Part shown: in pieces, positions 1 through 14,682 of the stretch
How positions within the stretch are numbered: position 1 is the stretch's first letter
Layout: each line of letters starts with the position of its first letter
Source: Octopus vulgaris
Taxonomy: Eukaryota
DNA: 64,000 nt
Assembly (NCBI GenBank): GCA_951406725.2
Contig: OX597817.1
Span: 20,026,001-20,090,000 of the forward strand
Direction of reading: 5' to 3'
Translations under genes and position numbers: made by a program
Notes under the pieces: model-generated
Seen by the model: only the letters and a program-made list of their open reading frames with translations
Told to the model about the DNA's origin: nothing
The model's database searches: none

Positions 1-84
1 ATTTGAACTCAGAATGTAGCGGCAGACGTAATACGGCTACGCATTTCGCCCGGCATACTAACGTTTCTGCCAGCTCGCCGCCTT
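1..84 (-). mobile_element. SINE family A (tRNA-derived head), 5' part cut by window edge
   Basis: Reverse complement reads aaggcggcgagctggcagaaacgttag...gttctgagttcaaat-like; matches copies at 14683-14915 and 32854-33085. Confidence 0.85.
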
Positions 85-399
85 CAATGTAATTGATTAT
101 ACCATCTCACAGAAAAGTCACTTTGTGTCGCGTGAAATTATGATTTTGAGGGAGGCACAAAACATGACTTTCAAGTAGTACAAAGAGAATTAAGAAACCG
201 GGTACTGCACAATTCTGATTTCCAACCAATTTATAAACAAGTATTAAATCGTATGTCACGTAAAGCCATCGAGAAGATGATTTATGTGGTAAGCTAAGAA
301 TAGCATTGAATGTTAAACGTAATAAAAAGAGTTTATGTATTACACCAAAGTTAGCTACTCAAGCCTGGTTAATATCATTTCAAATATCGAACGCTACAT

Positions 400-1300
400 A
401 TGACGCAATTACACCTACATCACAAAGCAACATGTTACCTCCGAAATTCTACTTAGTGCCCAAGAGGAAAATCCTGCATTTGAAAGGTAAAAATCGATAG
501 AATCACCCTCACACCAGCCGAACGTATCACTAGACCAAACATATATATAAGAGTCAATAAGCTTAAGGAAATATATAAAAAATAAATGCACGCAATCAGG
601 TGTGGAGAAGGAGAAGATTTTACAGTTCTCTTTCAATACTATGACATTATCCGAATGCCTACTCTAACATCAAATGGAATATCTTTGACAGCGCTCCTCC
701 TTACTCAGTTTTAGATTGTAATTGTGAAATTTGCCTTCTTGAGAAACTGCAGGTACTTCAACAGCCAATATTATCCATCAACAGGGATAATGCATTACCT
801 TATTGCATGCTTTGTTAATGAATTGCAGGTTTCTGGATCTCAGACAACCCTGCAATGACACCTTACATGTAACTGATCACCCACAAGTGTATGGTATATA
901 ATTCTTGCCACCCGTATAACCTACAGCCTACTTAGGATAGGTACGTGCCTGAAATCGTAACACACTACTATTAAACATTTATTCCAACGTATCGACTTTT
1001 GTCAACAATGTGTTAAAATTCCACATTGAATGATGAACGGTCTTCTCTATTTACACCGATACTCAATACAAGGAAGTGGTACCAGTGTATATACGAAGCA
1101 CCAGACTTTCACAATTTGGTTCGACAGAATGAAGTAACAATGATGATTAATCTACTAAGTTTGTAAAGAATGCAGTGACGAGGGAAGTTAAATTTTCTTA
1201 AGCAATACACAAATATAATAGTATCCAAAATTATCCAAACTTATCCAACGACGAATGAGAATTTACGAAAGACCTCAAAACAGTATTATTTATTGTTACC
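400..1300 (+). mobile_element. Highly decayed Penelope-like retroelement RT fragment
   Basis: Frameshifted remnants in the expected order: PKFYLVPK (cf. PxFYGLPKxHK), ESPSHQPNVSLD, YSNI, YFNSQYY..TGI.M, VYTK. Confidence 0.5.
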
Positions 1301-1815
1301 ATCAGATTACCTGAATATTAAATCAACGACTGGCACATATATTATGTTCATTTGTTCTTCTTTTCCTTCTCGGTTAACACGCATCTGTCAACAGATTTAT
1401 ACTTAGCTGCTAATTAAATGATATGTCCATATTATTTTGGTCAATTTAGACAATTTCATAAAATTTGATATTCATGTCTTTAGGTTAACACTGTATTATC
1501 TATACAACTTTCATTATGGTAGACTGCACTTACAGGAATTGTTTATGCCAATACTGTCTACCTGCCGGTATTTTGACCAATGTTACATAAAATTTACGTA
1601 ACTATATTACTTTTTATTTGATATATTTTATTTATTTCTGTCTACCTAATTATCATATATTGTTTCAATAACTTCTTTTCCTTTTGCCACCTATTCTTCT
1701 TCCCCGTTTTCCATTTAGAGATTCACAGATCTGGGTTTGGACCTGAAAAATTAATTCTTTATGTATTGACACTTAACGTAATCTAAAGTTTCACAACAAA
1801 ATATTACTAGCAATA

Positions 1816-1867
1816 CATCATCATCATCATCATCATCATCGTCATCATCGTCATCATCATCATCATT

Positions 1868-1902
<35 letters not shown>

Positions 1903-1903
1903 T
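1816..1903. repeat. (TCA)n microsatellite forming the 3' tail/target of the element at 1905-2462
   Basis: Direct reading. Confidence 0.95.
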
Positions 1904-1904
1904 A

Positions 1905-2462
1905 CTGAGTGGGAAAGCAGCGCAAGTCATCAAAGTGACACAGGGATACAATTTTACGAAGCTCAATATAACCATCATGACTACCCGTCGGATAAGGGTA
2001 CGCTAGGCACATGCATCACAAAAATATGCGCATGATATGGTGATCTTATATCAAGATACACAGCGCATGGCCAAGCAGGTGGAGTCCAGTTAGAATGTTT
2101 TTAAGATTGAGTAGCCCATCCCGCTCCAAATGCCCCTGAATGAGGTTTGTTTAAGGATGGTGAACAAAACACCAACGTTTCCAGATGGTATTATTCAAAC
2201 CTGAAAAATGTTACTCTCCAGACACGGCTAAGATGTTACCCCACTACTTCTGCTTGTGGTCAGAGATGCACATATCCTAAGCCACTAAGGGACATGCTCA
2301 ACTGGTGAAGGTCAAGCAATTGACATGCAAATCTGGGGTATTGAGCAGAATATTTACTATAGCCTATCTGTTAAACCAAGACAAGTCAATGAACGTGATA
2401 ATATTTCCAATTAGTTAAGATCAGAAGACTTGAGCGTCACTGCCTGGTATTGTATCATGGTA
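1905..2462 (-). mobile_element. ~560-bp non-coding interspersed element, copy 1 (diverged)
   Basis: End-to-end colinear with 4224-4810 and 4969-5490; same termini; trinucleotide tail. Confidence 0.85.
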
Positions 2463-2489
2463 TTTCTTCTTCTTCTTGCTGTTGTTGTT

Positions 2490-3606
2490 TTTGTTATTAA
2501 TACATTTGCACATCTTCTAACGCTGGAGATGTACTGCGGTGTCAGCGGTTCACTACCACTGAACTAAAGTAACACCTCTTATTTTCGAGGAACTTCTGGA
2601 GTATTCGGGCGGTTCCAAGCAGTGCTGTTTTCTCCAAGTGCTCCAACCTTATTCCACCCACTATTTGTTCCAAGTAGTTCTCAAGATTTTTGCTCGCTGT
2701 TCCCAGGAGACAGGAGACAGGCAAACGTTTCAGTTGTCTCTTGTATCGTGTTTTTCTTGTCTGTCTCCTGTCAAAGCTTGTTTACACAGCGATCACCACT
2801 TCAACTCGTTATGGCTTAACAGCCCTTGGCATTTGGTTTTACTGTTTTGTTTTGTTACCCTTTTTAAACCTCCGCAGATTCCAAATTTTATTCACTCTCA
2901 TGCGAGGTGAAATTTGGCACCCTACCACTACTAGCTGATTTCCTCTAACGATCCTTCGTGAGTATCGTCTTTAGGTCTGTTATGTTATGAATCCCATACT
3001 TGGTCTGTTAAGTTTTAATAGGTGAGTCCTGTGTGTAATCTAGTTTGCATTTTCCTTCTAAGTATTTTCATTATTCTAGATATTTTTCAAACGTTTTTAA
3101 CTTATGGTAGACAGGGGGTGTCTTCAACAGTTATATTTTCTTTCCCTATTTTTTTGTAGAATGTTTTCGCATTGGATGTAAACAGCTTATTTTTCCTGTA
3201 AAATTTGTTTCTCATCTCAAACCTTCGTATTCTTTGAGACTTTTTATTGCAGTGTCTCTTTTGTTAAAAGAAATTCTACCCTTGGCTGGAATCTATGTTT
3301 TCTCTTCATCTTTCTTCCTTTTCTGATTTTTACATTCTTTCCACGATTTAGTTTATTCAGTATTGATATTTCACCTCGTATCATTTCAATCGCTTTTCAA
3401 TAATAAGTTTCCAGTTTGGAATTCTTATCAGGTTTGTATTTCTATGTTTTCTTTTTCAGAGGCATACAACTGGATTCAATTGTTTTAGCAACTGCATAAT
3501 AATGCCATTTAATTTAGTGAGATCTGGTTTTAATTCTTGTATAATTTCCTTTGTTACATAGTCTCCAATATTAATTGGTTTCCAATTTTGGATTGTATTT
3601 GAGAGC
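2490..3606 (-). mobile_element. R4/Dong-type RLE non-LTR retrotransposon, internally deleted and decayed (N-terminal remnant plus C-terminus and 3' UTR)
   Basis: ORF 2542-2724 ...LLGTASKNLENYLEQI..IRLEHLEKTALLGTARILQKFL is the typical R4/Dong ORF end, followed by a short UTR and an AAT/AAC-like tail. Confidence 0.75.
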
Positions 3607-3673
3607 TAATAATGTGGTTCTCTGTAATGCATATTGGCGTGTTTTACGTCTGCAAGCTTATTAAGGATCTCAT

Positions 3674-3737
3674 TCTTCTTCTTCTTCTTCTTGTTCTTGT
3701 TCTTGTTCTTGTTGTTGTTGTTGTTGTTGTTCTTCTT

Positions 3738-3767
<30 letters not shown>
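3674..3767. repeat. Compound (CTT)n/(GTT)n microsatellite
   Basis: Direct reading. Confidence 0.95.
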
Positions 3768-3768
<1 letters not shown>

Positions 3769-3832
3769 GTTCGAATTCCACTGAGGTCGACTTTCCTTTT
3801 CATCCTTCTGGGGTGGATACATTAAGTACCAG
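3768..3832 (+). mobile_element. SINE family A internal fragment
   Basis: gttcgaattccactgaggtcgactttccttttcatcc...aagtacca matches the family A core. Confidence 0.7.
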
Positions 3833-3929
3833 GAAGCACTATATATGTGCGTCTGTTTGTGTGTGTGTGGGTGTATGTGTGAGCTTTAGCACATATGCGC
3901 ATACATATATACGTATATATTATTTTAAT

Positions 3930-4078
3930 TTGGCTCAGGATTGATCATATTCCTGGTAGGATTTTTATGGGTAGCGTGTTACTACCTGTGACCTTAGTAA
4001 TCTCTGATAATCCTTGCTGTTCCTACGAGACAGACCTTTTTGTTGGAGAGCTACCGGGCCTTCTATTTAAATCTCCAT
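3930..4078 (-). mobile_element. R4/Dong-type 3'-end fragment
   Basis: Minus strand reads ...KVCLVGTARIIRD (cf. LQKxxLLGTARILRxVL) and then a UTR. Confidence 0.55.
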
Positions 4079-4968
<890 letters not shown>

Positions 4969-5490
4969 GAGTGGGAGAGAAGTGTATACAATCAAAGTGT
5001 CACGAAGCCCAGGATAACAATCATGCCTACCCGTCGGATAAGGGTACACCAACTACATGTATCACAACCATATGTGCACGACGTGTAATCTGATAGCAAG
5101 ATAAACAGACCTTGCAGTTAGAATTTTCTTTAGGTCGAGTATCTCATTCCACTCAAAAGATATCTGAATAAGGATCGTTTAAGGACGTTGACTGAAACAC
5201 CCTTTTTTGCAATGGTGAATTATCGAATTTGCAAAGACGTCCTCTGAACACATGGCTATGATGTTCCACCTCAACATCTGCTCGTGATCAGAGATACGCA
5301 TATCTTCAACCACTAAGGGGCATGATCAACTGGTTAAGAACAAACAACTGACATGCAAATCTGTAAGTATTGAGCAGAATGTTTGCTGTAGCCTATCTTT
5401 TCTTCCAAGACAGAACAATACACATGGTAACACTTCCAATTAGTTAAGATCAAAAGCCACGAGAGCCACTGCCTGGTACAGCATCAGAAT
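4969..5490 (-). mobile_element. ~560-bp non-coding element, copy 3 (diverged, small deletions)
   Basis: Colinear with copy 2; same termini. Confidence 0.85.
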
Positions 5491-5499
5491 CATTATGCA

Positions 5500-6170
5500 A
5501 GGGTCATAATTTATTCCGAGGTATTTGTTAGTTTGTTCCTAGTCGAGTCCTTTTATAAATGTGCCCTTCGCAACTTTTTTATCAAGACCACATTACATCT
5601 CGTTAAAGTCCTTAAAGCTCATTATCATAATTTTGTACGCATAGCCTGCTGTGTTAAGTTTACTTGTAAGGAGTATTAGAGCTATGCAAAAACTTAGCGG
5701 TGAAATTGAGTCACTTTGGAAAAAGCCTCCGTTGAAATTAATATTTTGGTGGTCAGAACTTTATGAGAGTGGCTTAATTGGAGATTCGTATTCCACACAG
5801 AGATGTTGTGCTTCAGGAAGTTTAAAATCACAGGAGACATTGTTATGATATCCAATTATTTCAAGATCTGTGAATGAGGTATGCTGTGAAAGGCCTTTAT
5901 ATAATCAATCCATGTGGAACTGGGATTTCTGTGTCTCTTATGGCGGTTCTCAAAGATCATACGTTTGATTAAGAGTTGGTTTTGCATTCATATATGCCTC
6001 GCCGGCACCCTTGTTGTTAAGTGCAGTGTTACCTCTCTGATTATTTAGCTTGTATGTTTTATCCATGATGATTGAAAAAATGATGAGTAGGCTTCATCGA
6101 TATTGGAGCCTATATAGATTCTCCTCGATGGTGTCTACATGCATTTGACCAATCCCAGAGAAATGAGCAG
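5500..6170 (-). mobile_element. R4/Dong-type RT fragment (decayed)
   Basis: Minus strand ...QLLIKRMIFENRHKRHRNPSSTWIDYIKAFHSIPHSQILK (cf. QLLIN...WIDYxKAFDSVPHSW). Confidence 0.7.
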
Positions 6171-8607
6171 CCATTTTGTTTATATACTCAACCGTATATA
6201 TATGTGCATATGTGTTTATGCGTGTGCACTCACCTGTGTATTAATATATATATTTATATGTGTGTGTGTGTGTGTGTGTGTGAATGCAAGTTACTGTTTG
6301 CATGTGTGTGTGTGTGCGTGTGTGTGAATTTTACAGATGCAAATAATTTACGTATAGTGCAGTACTTAAGTGTAGGAATCGAAGTGAGGTGCATTATCGT
6401 TGCAGAAATCGCACTTGCCAACTTCTCAGCAGAGAAAATCATTTCATACATACCATCAAGATAAAATTCTGTGAATTTAAATATCTGAAATAACTCATGT
6501 AATTTCGTAGGGAAACGAATTACAATAAGTTGATTTGCCTTAAATTGCTATGCAAATTCGTATAAAAGAAGGAAAGCAAGTAGTTTCTAATGCCTCTAAG
6601 CAGAGTATCAATCTGACATATGTAGTAATGAAAATGATGGTTTCTGTATTGTGCAATGTTAAAGAAATGTGTTAAAATTAATATTATAATTTAAATTATC
6701 TACTCCTTGTTCAGTGGGTGTCCAACTCTATTTACTTGAATTACTCGAAAAGTAATCAATTTCATTTATTCTGTCTTAATACATTATGTGAAAAGCATGT
6801 TTAGAGAATATTTTGCTCAGTAACTTTTGTTTTAAAGTGTTGTCAAACACTTGTTGTCCACTAGTATATGTGATTGGTATTTCATCTGCGATCGACTGCA
6901 TTCCACTAAACAAAACATATACACTAAGTATGTCACATCAATACTATTTATATTATTAGAAATGAGATATTCCGAATTTAATTTTGTGATACTTGTGATG
7001 TTGAAAATCAGCACTATTTGCATATATACCGCAGATCAGCGATTTCAATTCGTTTCTTGGTTGGCTCGATTATACCGTGCCCGTGAGCTGGAATAACAAC
7101 GTAATATCGATATCCACTGTTCAGTTTCACCGATGGACCGATTCGTTTCACCTGGTTCTAAGGAATTCAGGGACTTGTTTAGCACTCGACATCTTCAAGG
7201 TGCATTCTCTGGATGAAATTCCGTTGTTAATAAGCGTTTAATTAAAACATAAATATTAAGTATGTGGCATCCATAATCTTTAGATTTCATTTAGTTCTAC
7301 GGCAACATATGAGCTTTAAAATTCTTCTTTCAAAATATTTGGTAACACGAACTACCTGAAATGCTTTCAATGCAATTAGTTACCAGAAGGCTGATATTGT
7401 GATGAAAGTTGTATTGATTTAAGTCACTAATTATCCGGTAATATTTTGTACTTTTACTTCACTTTTGGGAATTCTTAACATATTCCACGGAAGTCTTCAA
7501 ATGCTTAGATATTATACAGAAGCAAATATTGATGGAGGAGTAGAAAGAACATACAGGACAGGACGCACTTGTAACACGAGCGGTGGCATAGTTACTCCAT
7601 ATCTGTCCCTTTTATAGAAGATTCCTGCGGAAAAGCTTATGAAAATTAGTTACATATGCCAAATCGCCCGCTTGAATCTCTACTCGTGTTCAAACTGACT
7701 TTCATTCTCCTACGTCAATACAATCCATGTATACGAACTTGGCGCCAATATCTTTTTTTAATGTTCCAACCTACAAATACCGTTTGAACTTTACGCAGCA
7801 CCATTGAAACGTTATAGAAATGCTTACATGAAACAATTTATGCGACCAAGTGATTTTGTGTATATATAGCCTTTAGCCACTCCATATGGTTCTGAAAGCA
7901 TTTTTGATCACCATTCCAAACACTTTAAATGTTTTAAAATTTTCTTTCTTCCATGTTCGTGCGCTGAATTGTGCCAGGTAACATAATAATAATATAAAAA
8001 ATTATGACAACATCTCAGGTTGAAATATGATGTATAAATCCTATTTTGTGAAGGAAGTACTCCCGGCATACATCAGTGTCTGGCTACATGTAAGAGTTAT
8101 CCAATCGGCCATTTTATTTTCCAACATGGATCGTAGCTTTACGTGTATTTGGCTCAAGAAAAAATACATCCGCTTTAGGAAATAAATTTCCAAGATGAAA
8201 TTTTTGAAAATAATCTGTGAAAGTGTACGATAAATATATATGCTTTTTCAGTCAGACTGGAAATCCTATCTATTTAAATATTATTGAAGATATAAGACTG
8301 TCAATACAACCACATGAAAACATTCATTGATTAAAAATTCACAGACGCCTTATCTTAATCCTTGATTTAATTCAATAACTTATCTGGAATGTAAATCAGC
8401 CCTGTCTTATTAAATAATAACTGTATTTTTATTGATTTGTATTTACTTGTTTTCGCGAGAATTACTTCTATGGGTGGTTTTATACAACTCTGTTTTTCTC
8501 CTCAGATAGCTGAAATTTTCCAGCACAACACTGAGATTCAGATATCTTCATTAACTTTAGTAAATGTACAGTGATAAACATCAAAATAATTCACTCTCCT
8601 TGAACTG

Positions 8608-8644
<37 letters not shown>

Positions 8645-8826
8645 ATATATATATATATATATATATAGAATAATAAAGAGAAAGTTCTTGGTATGCACGA
8701 GTGTGTGCACATATGTATTTATATAGAGAAACGTACTTGGACATACACACCCACGCATATACATATGTATTTATATGCATATATATATAGTCTCCTTTAG
8801 AGAGACCTAGAACTATTAATATTTCC

Positions 8827-8872
<46 letters not shown>

Positions 8873-10503
8873 ATATATGTGCACACACACACACATATGT
8901 ATTCATATACAGAATCTCATTCATGTAGTTGGATATTCTATTATTTGTTATGATTATTTCAGTAATTCTGCAGCGGAGATAATAAGTGTCACGTAAACTT
9001 ATTTATTTTTAACCGACCAAACTATTGCAATATATTATTTTAAGTCTATTACTTTTATGGAGACGAACTCAATCGTCATTGCACACGAACATACATACGT
9101 ATATATACTCATATGTGTGTGTGTGCATTATATGACGGACCGAATTCTCAGGCTTTATCTTTGTACAAGGCAGAGGGTACTGCAAATGGGAAAAGCAGAG
9201 GGTAGCATTACAACCCACAGTCTTGCACATTTGCAGAGATAAAGTTTATGCATTAGTTCCATCACGTACGGCATTGATAATTTAGTAGGCTCACCTGACC
9301 ACAATTCATTTTCTTACCACTGTTCATTAGGCATTAAACAACTTCTTAATAAATTAAATCTTGACTATTGGAGCTGCGCCCTCCTTTCTTGTTAGACGTA
9401 TAGATATCTGAATCATTGGGGTCAGTTATTCATACCCCATCCTAAAACTATACTAACCCCTACATTTCTCTGTTCTACCCAAATATATCCTCTAGTAGTA
9501 AATCCATTCTGCCAAATGAAATAGTATCAGAATGAATGTAAATGATTTTGTTCCGTTGATTCTAAACTATGTGAAATCATTCTGAATATTATTTATTTTG
9601 AAATTCATGAATTCATGTGACGAAAATGTTTTCTTTACAAACATGTAATGTTTTCATTAATCAATTGAAAGAATCAATAGAAACGGCCGTAATGGCTTAA
9701 CACATTTACCTTTCTGTTACCCATTTATATTTTATTCACCTATCTCGGAATCTTCCCTTCGTAAATATTATGGACATCATCTTTAATAAAAAGTACATAT
9801 CCCAATATATGCCACTTTGAATAAATTTTCGGAGCTAATTTTTTTGGTAAATTATACATACATGTATACCTACAGACACAGAAAAGCGTTTTTTCGCGCG
9901 CACACACACGTACACACACACGTCCACACACACACACACACACATATATATTCATGTATACATATATATTACATGTATTCATACAAATACTTACACACAC
10001 ACACACACACATAAACACACATATCAGTTTATGTATTCTGTATGCGTCGGCGTTATATTCGTGTTTAGATTGTAAAATGGCTTTACTAAAATGAATATCA
10101 CAATATCACAATGGTGGAAGTATGAGACAAAGCTGGCATTTCATTACTTAAGCGTATCATCTGCATATATTACAAAAATATCCTTGTGTACATTTTGGGT
10201 ACATTACGTACTTGCTTGTATTTCTCAACAGGTTTTATTCGTTAATCAGTTAATTCGGACTATTGAATGCTGTATCATTATTTGTGCCTCGTTTAAACAA
10301 ATTTTGTGAGGAGAAAATACAATGACGAAATGAAAAAGCTTTTATTAATTATTACACTTAATTTCTGTAATTGAAACAATAATTGTTTCTATTAATTTAG
10401 ATTCCCAGTATAGAATGCTTCTAGCAGGGTATCTTTAATGATTTATATATGAAATACTTTTCCTTCCTCCCATAAACTCAGATGTGACATAAACTCAGAT
10501 GTG

Positions 10504-10878
10504 CACCGCCTTTAGTCGAGCAACTCAACCCCGGGACTTATTCTTTGTAAGCCCAGTACTTATACTATCGGTCTATTTTACCGAACCGCTAAGTGACGGG
10601 GACATAAACACACCAGCATCGTGACGGGGACATAAACACACAAGCAATGCTAGGGGGACAAACACAGACACACAAACACACACGCACACACATATATATA
10701 TACATATATATATGACAGGCTTCTTTCAGTTTCCGTCTACCAAATCCACTCACAAGGCATTGTTCGGCCCGGGGCTATAGCAGAAGACACTCGCCCAAGA
10801 TGCCACGCAGTGGGACTGAACCCGGAATCATGTGGTTGGTTAGCAAGCTACTTACCACACAGCCACTCCTGCGCCTAT
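10504..10878 (-). mobile_element. SINE family B (tRNA head, CORE-like segment, internal TA/TG microsatellite, tail)
   Basis: Reverse complement of the 47030-47425 and 55196-55558 copies; contains a short internal tandem duplication at about 10593-10641. Confidence 0.9.
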
Positions 10879-11394
10879 GTGTATGTGTATTTCTCATAGA
10901 GATGTTGATATAATAGCATTACAAAATTTTTAGGATTAGTAAATTTGACACACATTTTAGTATGTCTTTCAAATTATATTCAGCGTCTAACTTTTTCAAA
11001 TTTATTATCATTTGATGTCTGATCTAATTATGTCCTAGTCGCTAAGATAAGAACTACTTTCAGATGAAGATGCTTTTTAAGTCTTCTAAAACTCACAAGT
11101 GTCACAGTTTCAACGCAGCAACAATTTATTATTTTCATTAAAATTTTCATGTAAGATGATTATTCTTAATGAGATTACGATACGATATACAATGCGTATA
11201 AGTACGGAAGGTTTGAAGTTTACATTTTTGCAGGAGATGAAGTGTGTTTATGTTTGGAAAGTCAAGAGAGTGTCACGCGAAGAGCAATGGATATGGTGAG
11301 TATCAGAGTAGGAACACAGAGGATAAATTCTACAGTACATTGTATACGCAAATCCTTATGATATATATATATATAGATGTATATATATATATAT

Positions 11395-11600
11395 ATTTCT
11401 TTACTACCCACAAGGGGCTAAACATAGAGGGGACAAACAAAGGACAGACAGAGGGATTAAGTCGATTACATCGACCCCAGTGGGTAACTGGTACTTAATT
11501 TATCGACCCCGAAAGGATGAAAGGCAAAGTCGACCTCGGGGGAATTTGAACTCACAACGTAACGCCCGGCGCGCTGACGTTTCTGCCAGCTCGCCGCCTT
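11395..11600 (-). mobile_element. SINE family A, tail type 1
   Basis: Matches 32854-33085; small internal deletion. Confidence 0.9.
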
Positions 11601-11680
11601 TTTATGTATATATACACACATATACACATATGAGTACGCGCGCACACAAGAGCAAAATATATAAGTGTATTAAATATATA

Positions 11681-11859
11681 ATCTTTCCTACTCTAGGTAC
11701 AAAGCCCGAAATTTTGGGGAAGGGGTCCAGTCGATTAGATCAACACCAGTGCGCAACTGGTACTTAATTTAGTGAACCCGAAATGATGAAAGGTAAAGTC
11801 GACCTCGGCAGAATTTGAACTTAGAACGTAAAGACAGACAAAATACCGCTAAGAATTTA
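11681..11859 (-). mobile_element. SINE family A, tail type 2, lacking its 5' ~40 nt
   Basis: Core shared with family A; tail ccccaaaatttcgggctttgtacctagagtaggaaaga matches the 48957 copy. Confidence 0.85.
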
Positions 11860-11861
11860 GC

Positions 11862-14680
11862 AATTTCTTTTATTTCTCACAAGGGGAAACACAGTGGGGA
11901 TAGTACAATCTGATATGAGTCCAGATTTAACGTATGAATTGAAATAAAGATGAATTTAAAAAATTTAACATAAATATGAAGACAACGTTACAAAATGGAG
12001 TGGGGAAGCGGGATATGACCTAACCCCACGATCCCACCTCACCAATGATGCTTTGGGTTCTTCCTGCATTGTATTCATGCGGTTCCACCCATACGCAACA
12101 TTCGTGCTGCTGCATTCTTCCATCGATCTCGAAACATTTTCGCGGACATGCATTTTATCTCTAACCCTATTTTTCTTCTTAAGGTGGAAGGTGAAAAAAT
12201 TCACCAACCCAGGGCCAGAAATAAAAAATACATGTTATTAACTCTTTCACTCATGTCTTCCAAATCACCTCTTTCGCTTTGGCTACTACTATGAGAAAGC
12301 AATTCTTACTTTCTTTCGATTGTAAATCCAGTTGGTCAATTTTCACTATTGACTCAGTCGACAGCTGTATATATTCCTGTACTTGACAACAGTTGCTCCG
12401 CATAAACCCACACATCTGACACCTCCAAACACTGAACGATAGCTTGCAGGACATTTCCATCATGACTTACGAGCTTGTCCCGGTGAGTTATCGCTCCTCG
12501 CTAACATTCCCATGCCAAAGACTTCTGGAAATTATCCAGTGTCTTCGGCTCGAATGTACGCTGGAACAGACTGGGCAGCTGATTATCATCGAGACCTTGG
12601 GATTCCTCCAAGGCATCGTTACCTTTTGCCTCTACCAACCCTCTATAGAAAAATATGGTAGCTACCACAGGTGCTCCTCGAGAGATGGAATATCTGGAGA
12701 ACCCTACGACACTCCATAAACCATGTACCCAACTGTGATTTGCGATAGAACCAGGTTTCCAGTCCACCGAAACAAGTGGAGCCACAGATGCCTGAACCTA
12801 AGCGCGTGCCTTCGCATCATCATTCAAGGCATTCCTAGCCCACCCTTTAGCAGTTGTTGGCAACAAATAGAGCATCTCACAAGCGGCGTCGAGCCCTTCC
12901 ACAAGAAGCGGAAGAGCTGTCTTTCCAGCTTGCTCAACCACGAATCATGGCAGGGAACGACGGTTAGGCGGTAGGTGATGACCGATACGATGAACGGATT
13001 GGCCACCTCCGCCCTCCCTTTCAGGGATAACCACCACCAAGACCCTATCAAGGCTATGTAGGCCACCCTGCTCGGTATCTCGGTCCAGTTCTTCTCTATT
13101 TGGAGGTCTGGTCTAAACGAAACTCTTAGCAACTTAAGAAGACTTTCCATTCAAATTCCCACAACGCTGTCAGTAGGCATCGACTTGCCTCTCATGGTGC
13201 CGATCTGCAAGCCGCCTGACTTTTCACGATTAACCATTGCTCCTGCCACCGTCTCGTATTCCTGAATGGCCTTGTCTACCCTCTGTAGGTGATCCATTTC
13301 GTTAACGTTGATGGTGATGTCGTCCGCATACGCTGAAACCGACTCTCCACAACGTGGCTGTCTCGGGATGTCGCTCAATTTTCGCAGCAATGGCTCTGGA
13401 GCCATTTCATACAAAAGCAGGAAGAACGGACACCCTTGACGAACCGAGCGTTTGATGCTGAAATGTTTAGATAAAAAGCCGTTCACCCGAACTACCGAGT
13501 CGATGTTGTGGTAAATTGCAATGATCCACCCGAGGAAGCCAAGACTCAGGCCGAACTGTGCCAGAACCGACACCAGATAATGATGCTCCACGCTATCACT
13601 ATCCTTTGATTGGTTTAAATAGACCACTGTCCCTCCCTTGCTACAATCATTATTAAACCCATCTACTGTGTACCGTAGAATATGGAGATTATCCTGAATA
13701 GTTCTACCGGGAACGGCATATGTATGTGCCTTCCCGATCAAACCATCCGCGACAGGCGCCAATCTTTTCGATAACACTTTGGTCAAAATCTTCAACTCTG
13801 TGTTTAGCAGAGTAATGGGCCGAAACTTATCAATGCAATCTCCATTGTTCGGGTCATTTCTGACAATCGGCACCATTCGCCGGCGCACAGACCTGGAAAT
13901 GAACCCATTTTGCTGCCACTTCGGGTAGACTTCGCCAGCAGGCGCCCGAACAAGTCTGGCATACTGTTATAGAGTTCGTATGGTAGACAATCCAGTCCCG
14001 GCGCCTTACCCGCGCCGCAGTCAGCCATAACCTCAATTACCTCCTCAGGCGTAATCGGCCCTTCACAACACTCCGTGTCCTGCTCGGAGAGGCGCGGTAG
14101 CTCGGCGAGGAAGTTCGCTAGGTCCATCCTACTGTACGATCCGCCTCACCTCCGAAAATCTTGGCGAAGTGCTCCCGAAGGACCTCACACATCTTGGGCT
14201 CATTTATCAACTTACCTCGTTGTTAATCAAAGATCAACTTGTGCTATCGTTTCCACGTTGGGCTTCCACCACTCAGAGCCATCCCGCGGCCTTGATTCCT
14301 TCACAACCCAATGCACGAATCCTAGCTCTGGATCCATTGCTGTTTGACCATACCCACAATGGAGCGATCGGAAATTCCAGCCTAAATGGATCTGTTAGCT
14401 CAAAGCGGCTTAGCAGTTCCAAGGATTACCTCTTTTTCAGATCACGAGCCAACATAACCAGAGGAAGTATTCATTTTTAACAAAATTTGTGAAAAAACAC
14501 AACAAAAATATAAAATCCCCCCTCCTCACAGAGGGAAATAAAAGTTCCCACCTTCTGACACACGCAGAAGGCAATTAATAACACCATAAAACTTAACAAG
14601 GAAAAATTCAGTAACAACAATTTCAAAAGTAACCTTAGAAAATAAATAAACGAAACAGAATTATTCACAAATCAAAATTC
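11862..14680 (-). mobile_element. L1/Tx1-type LINE, ORF2 pseudogene with internal deletions and 3' UTR
   Basis: ORFs 13804-14127, 13151-13888, 12824-13150 and 12501-12785 give GKAPGLD, FRPITLLNTELKIL, SVRQGCP, SAYADDI, LFRFLWKG..GGLGMP; endonuclease remnant DPFRLEFPIAPLWVWSNSNGS; multiple frameshifts. Confidence 0.9.
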
Positions 14681-14682
14681 CT

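Noticed and set aside
7650-8200. Decayed Mutator/MULE-like transposase on the minus strand
   Set aside because: Only vague remnants (LFHV, RKVQ); no catalytic motif or TIRs recognisable
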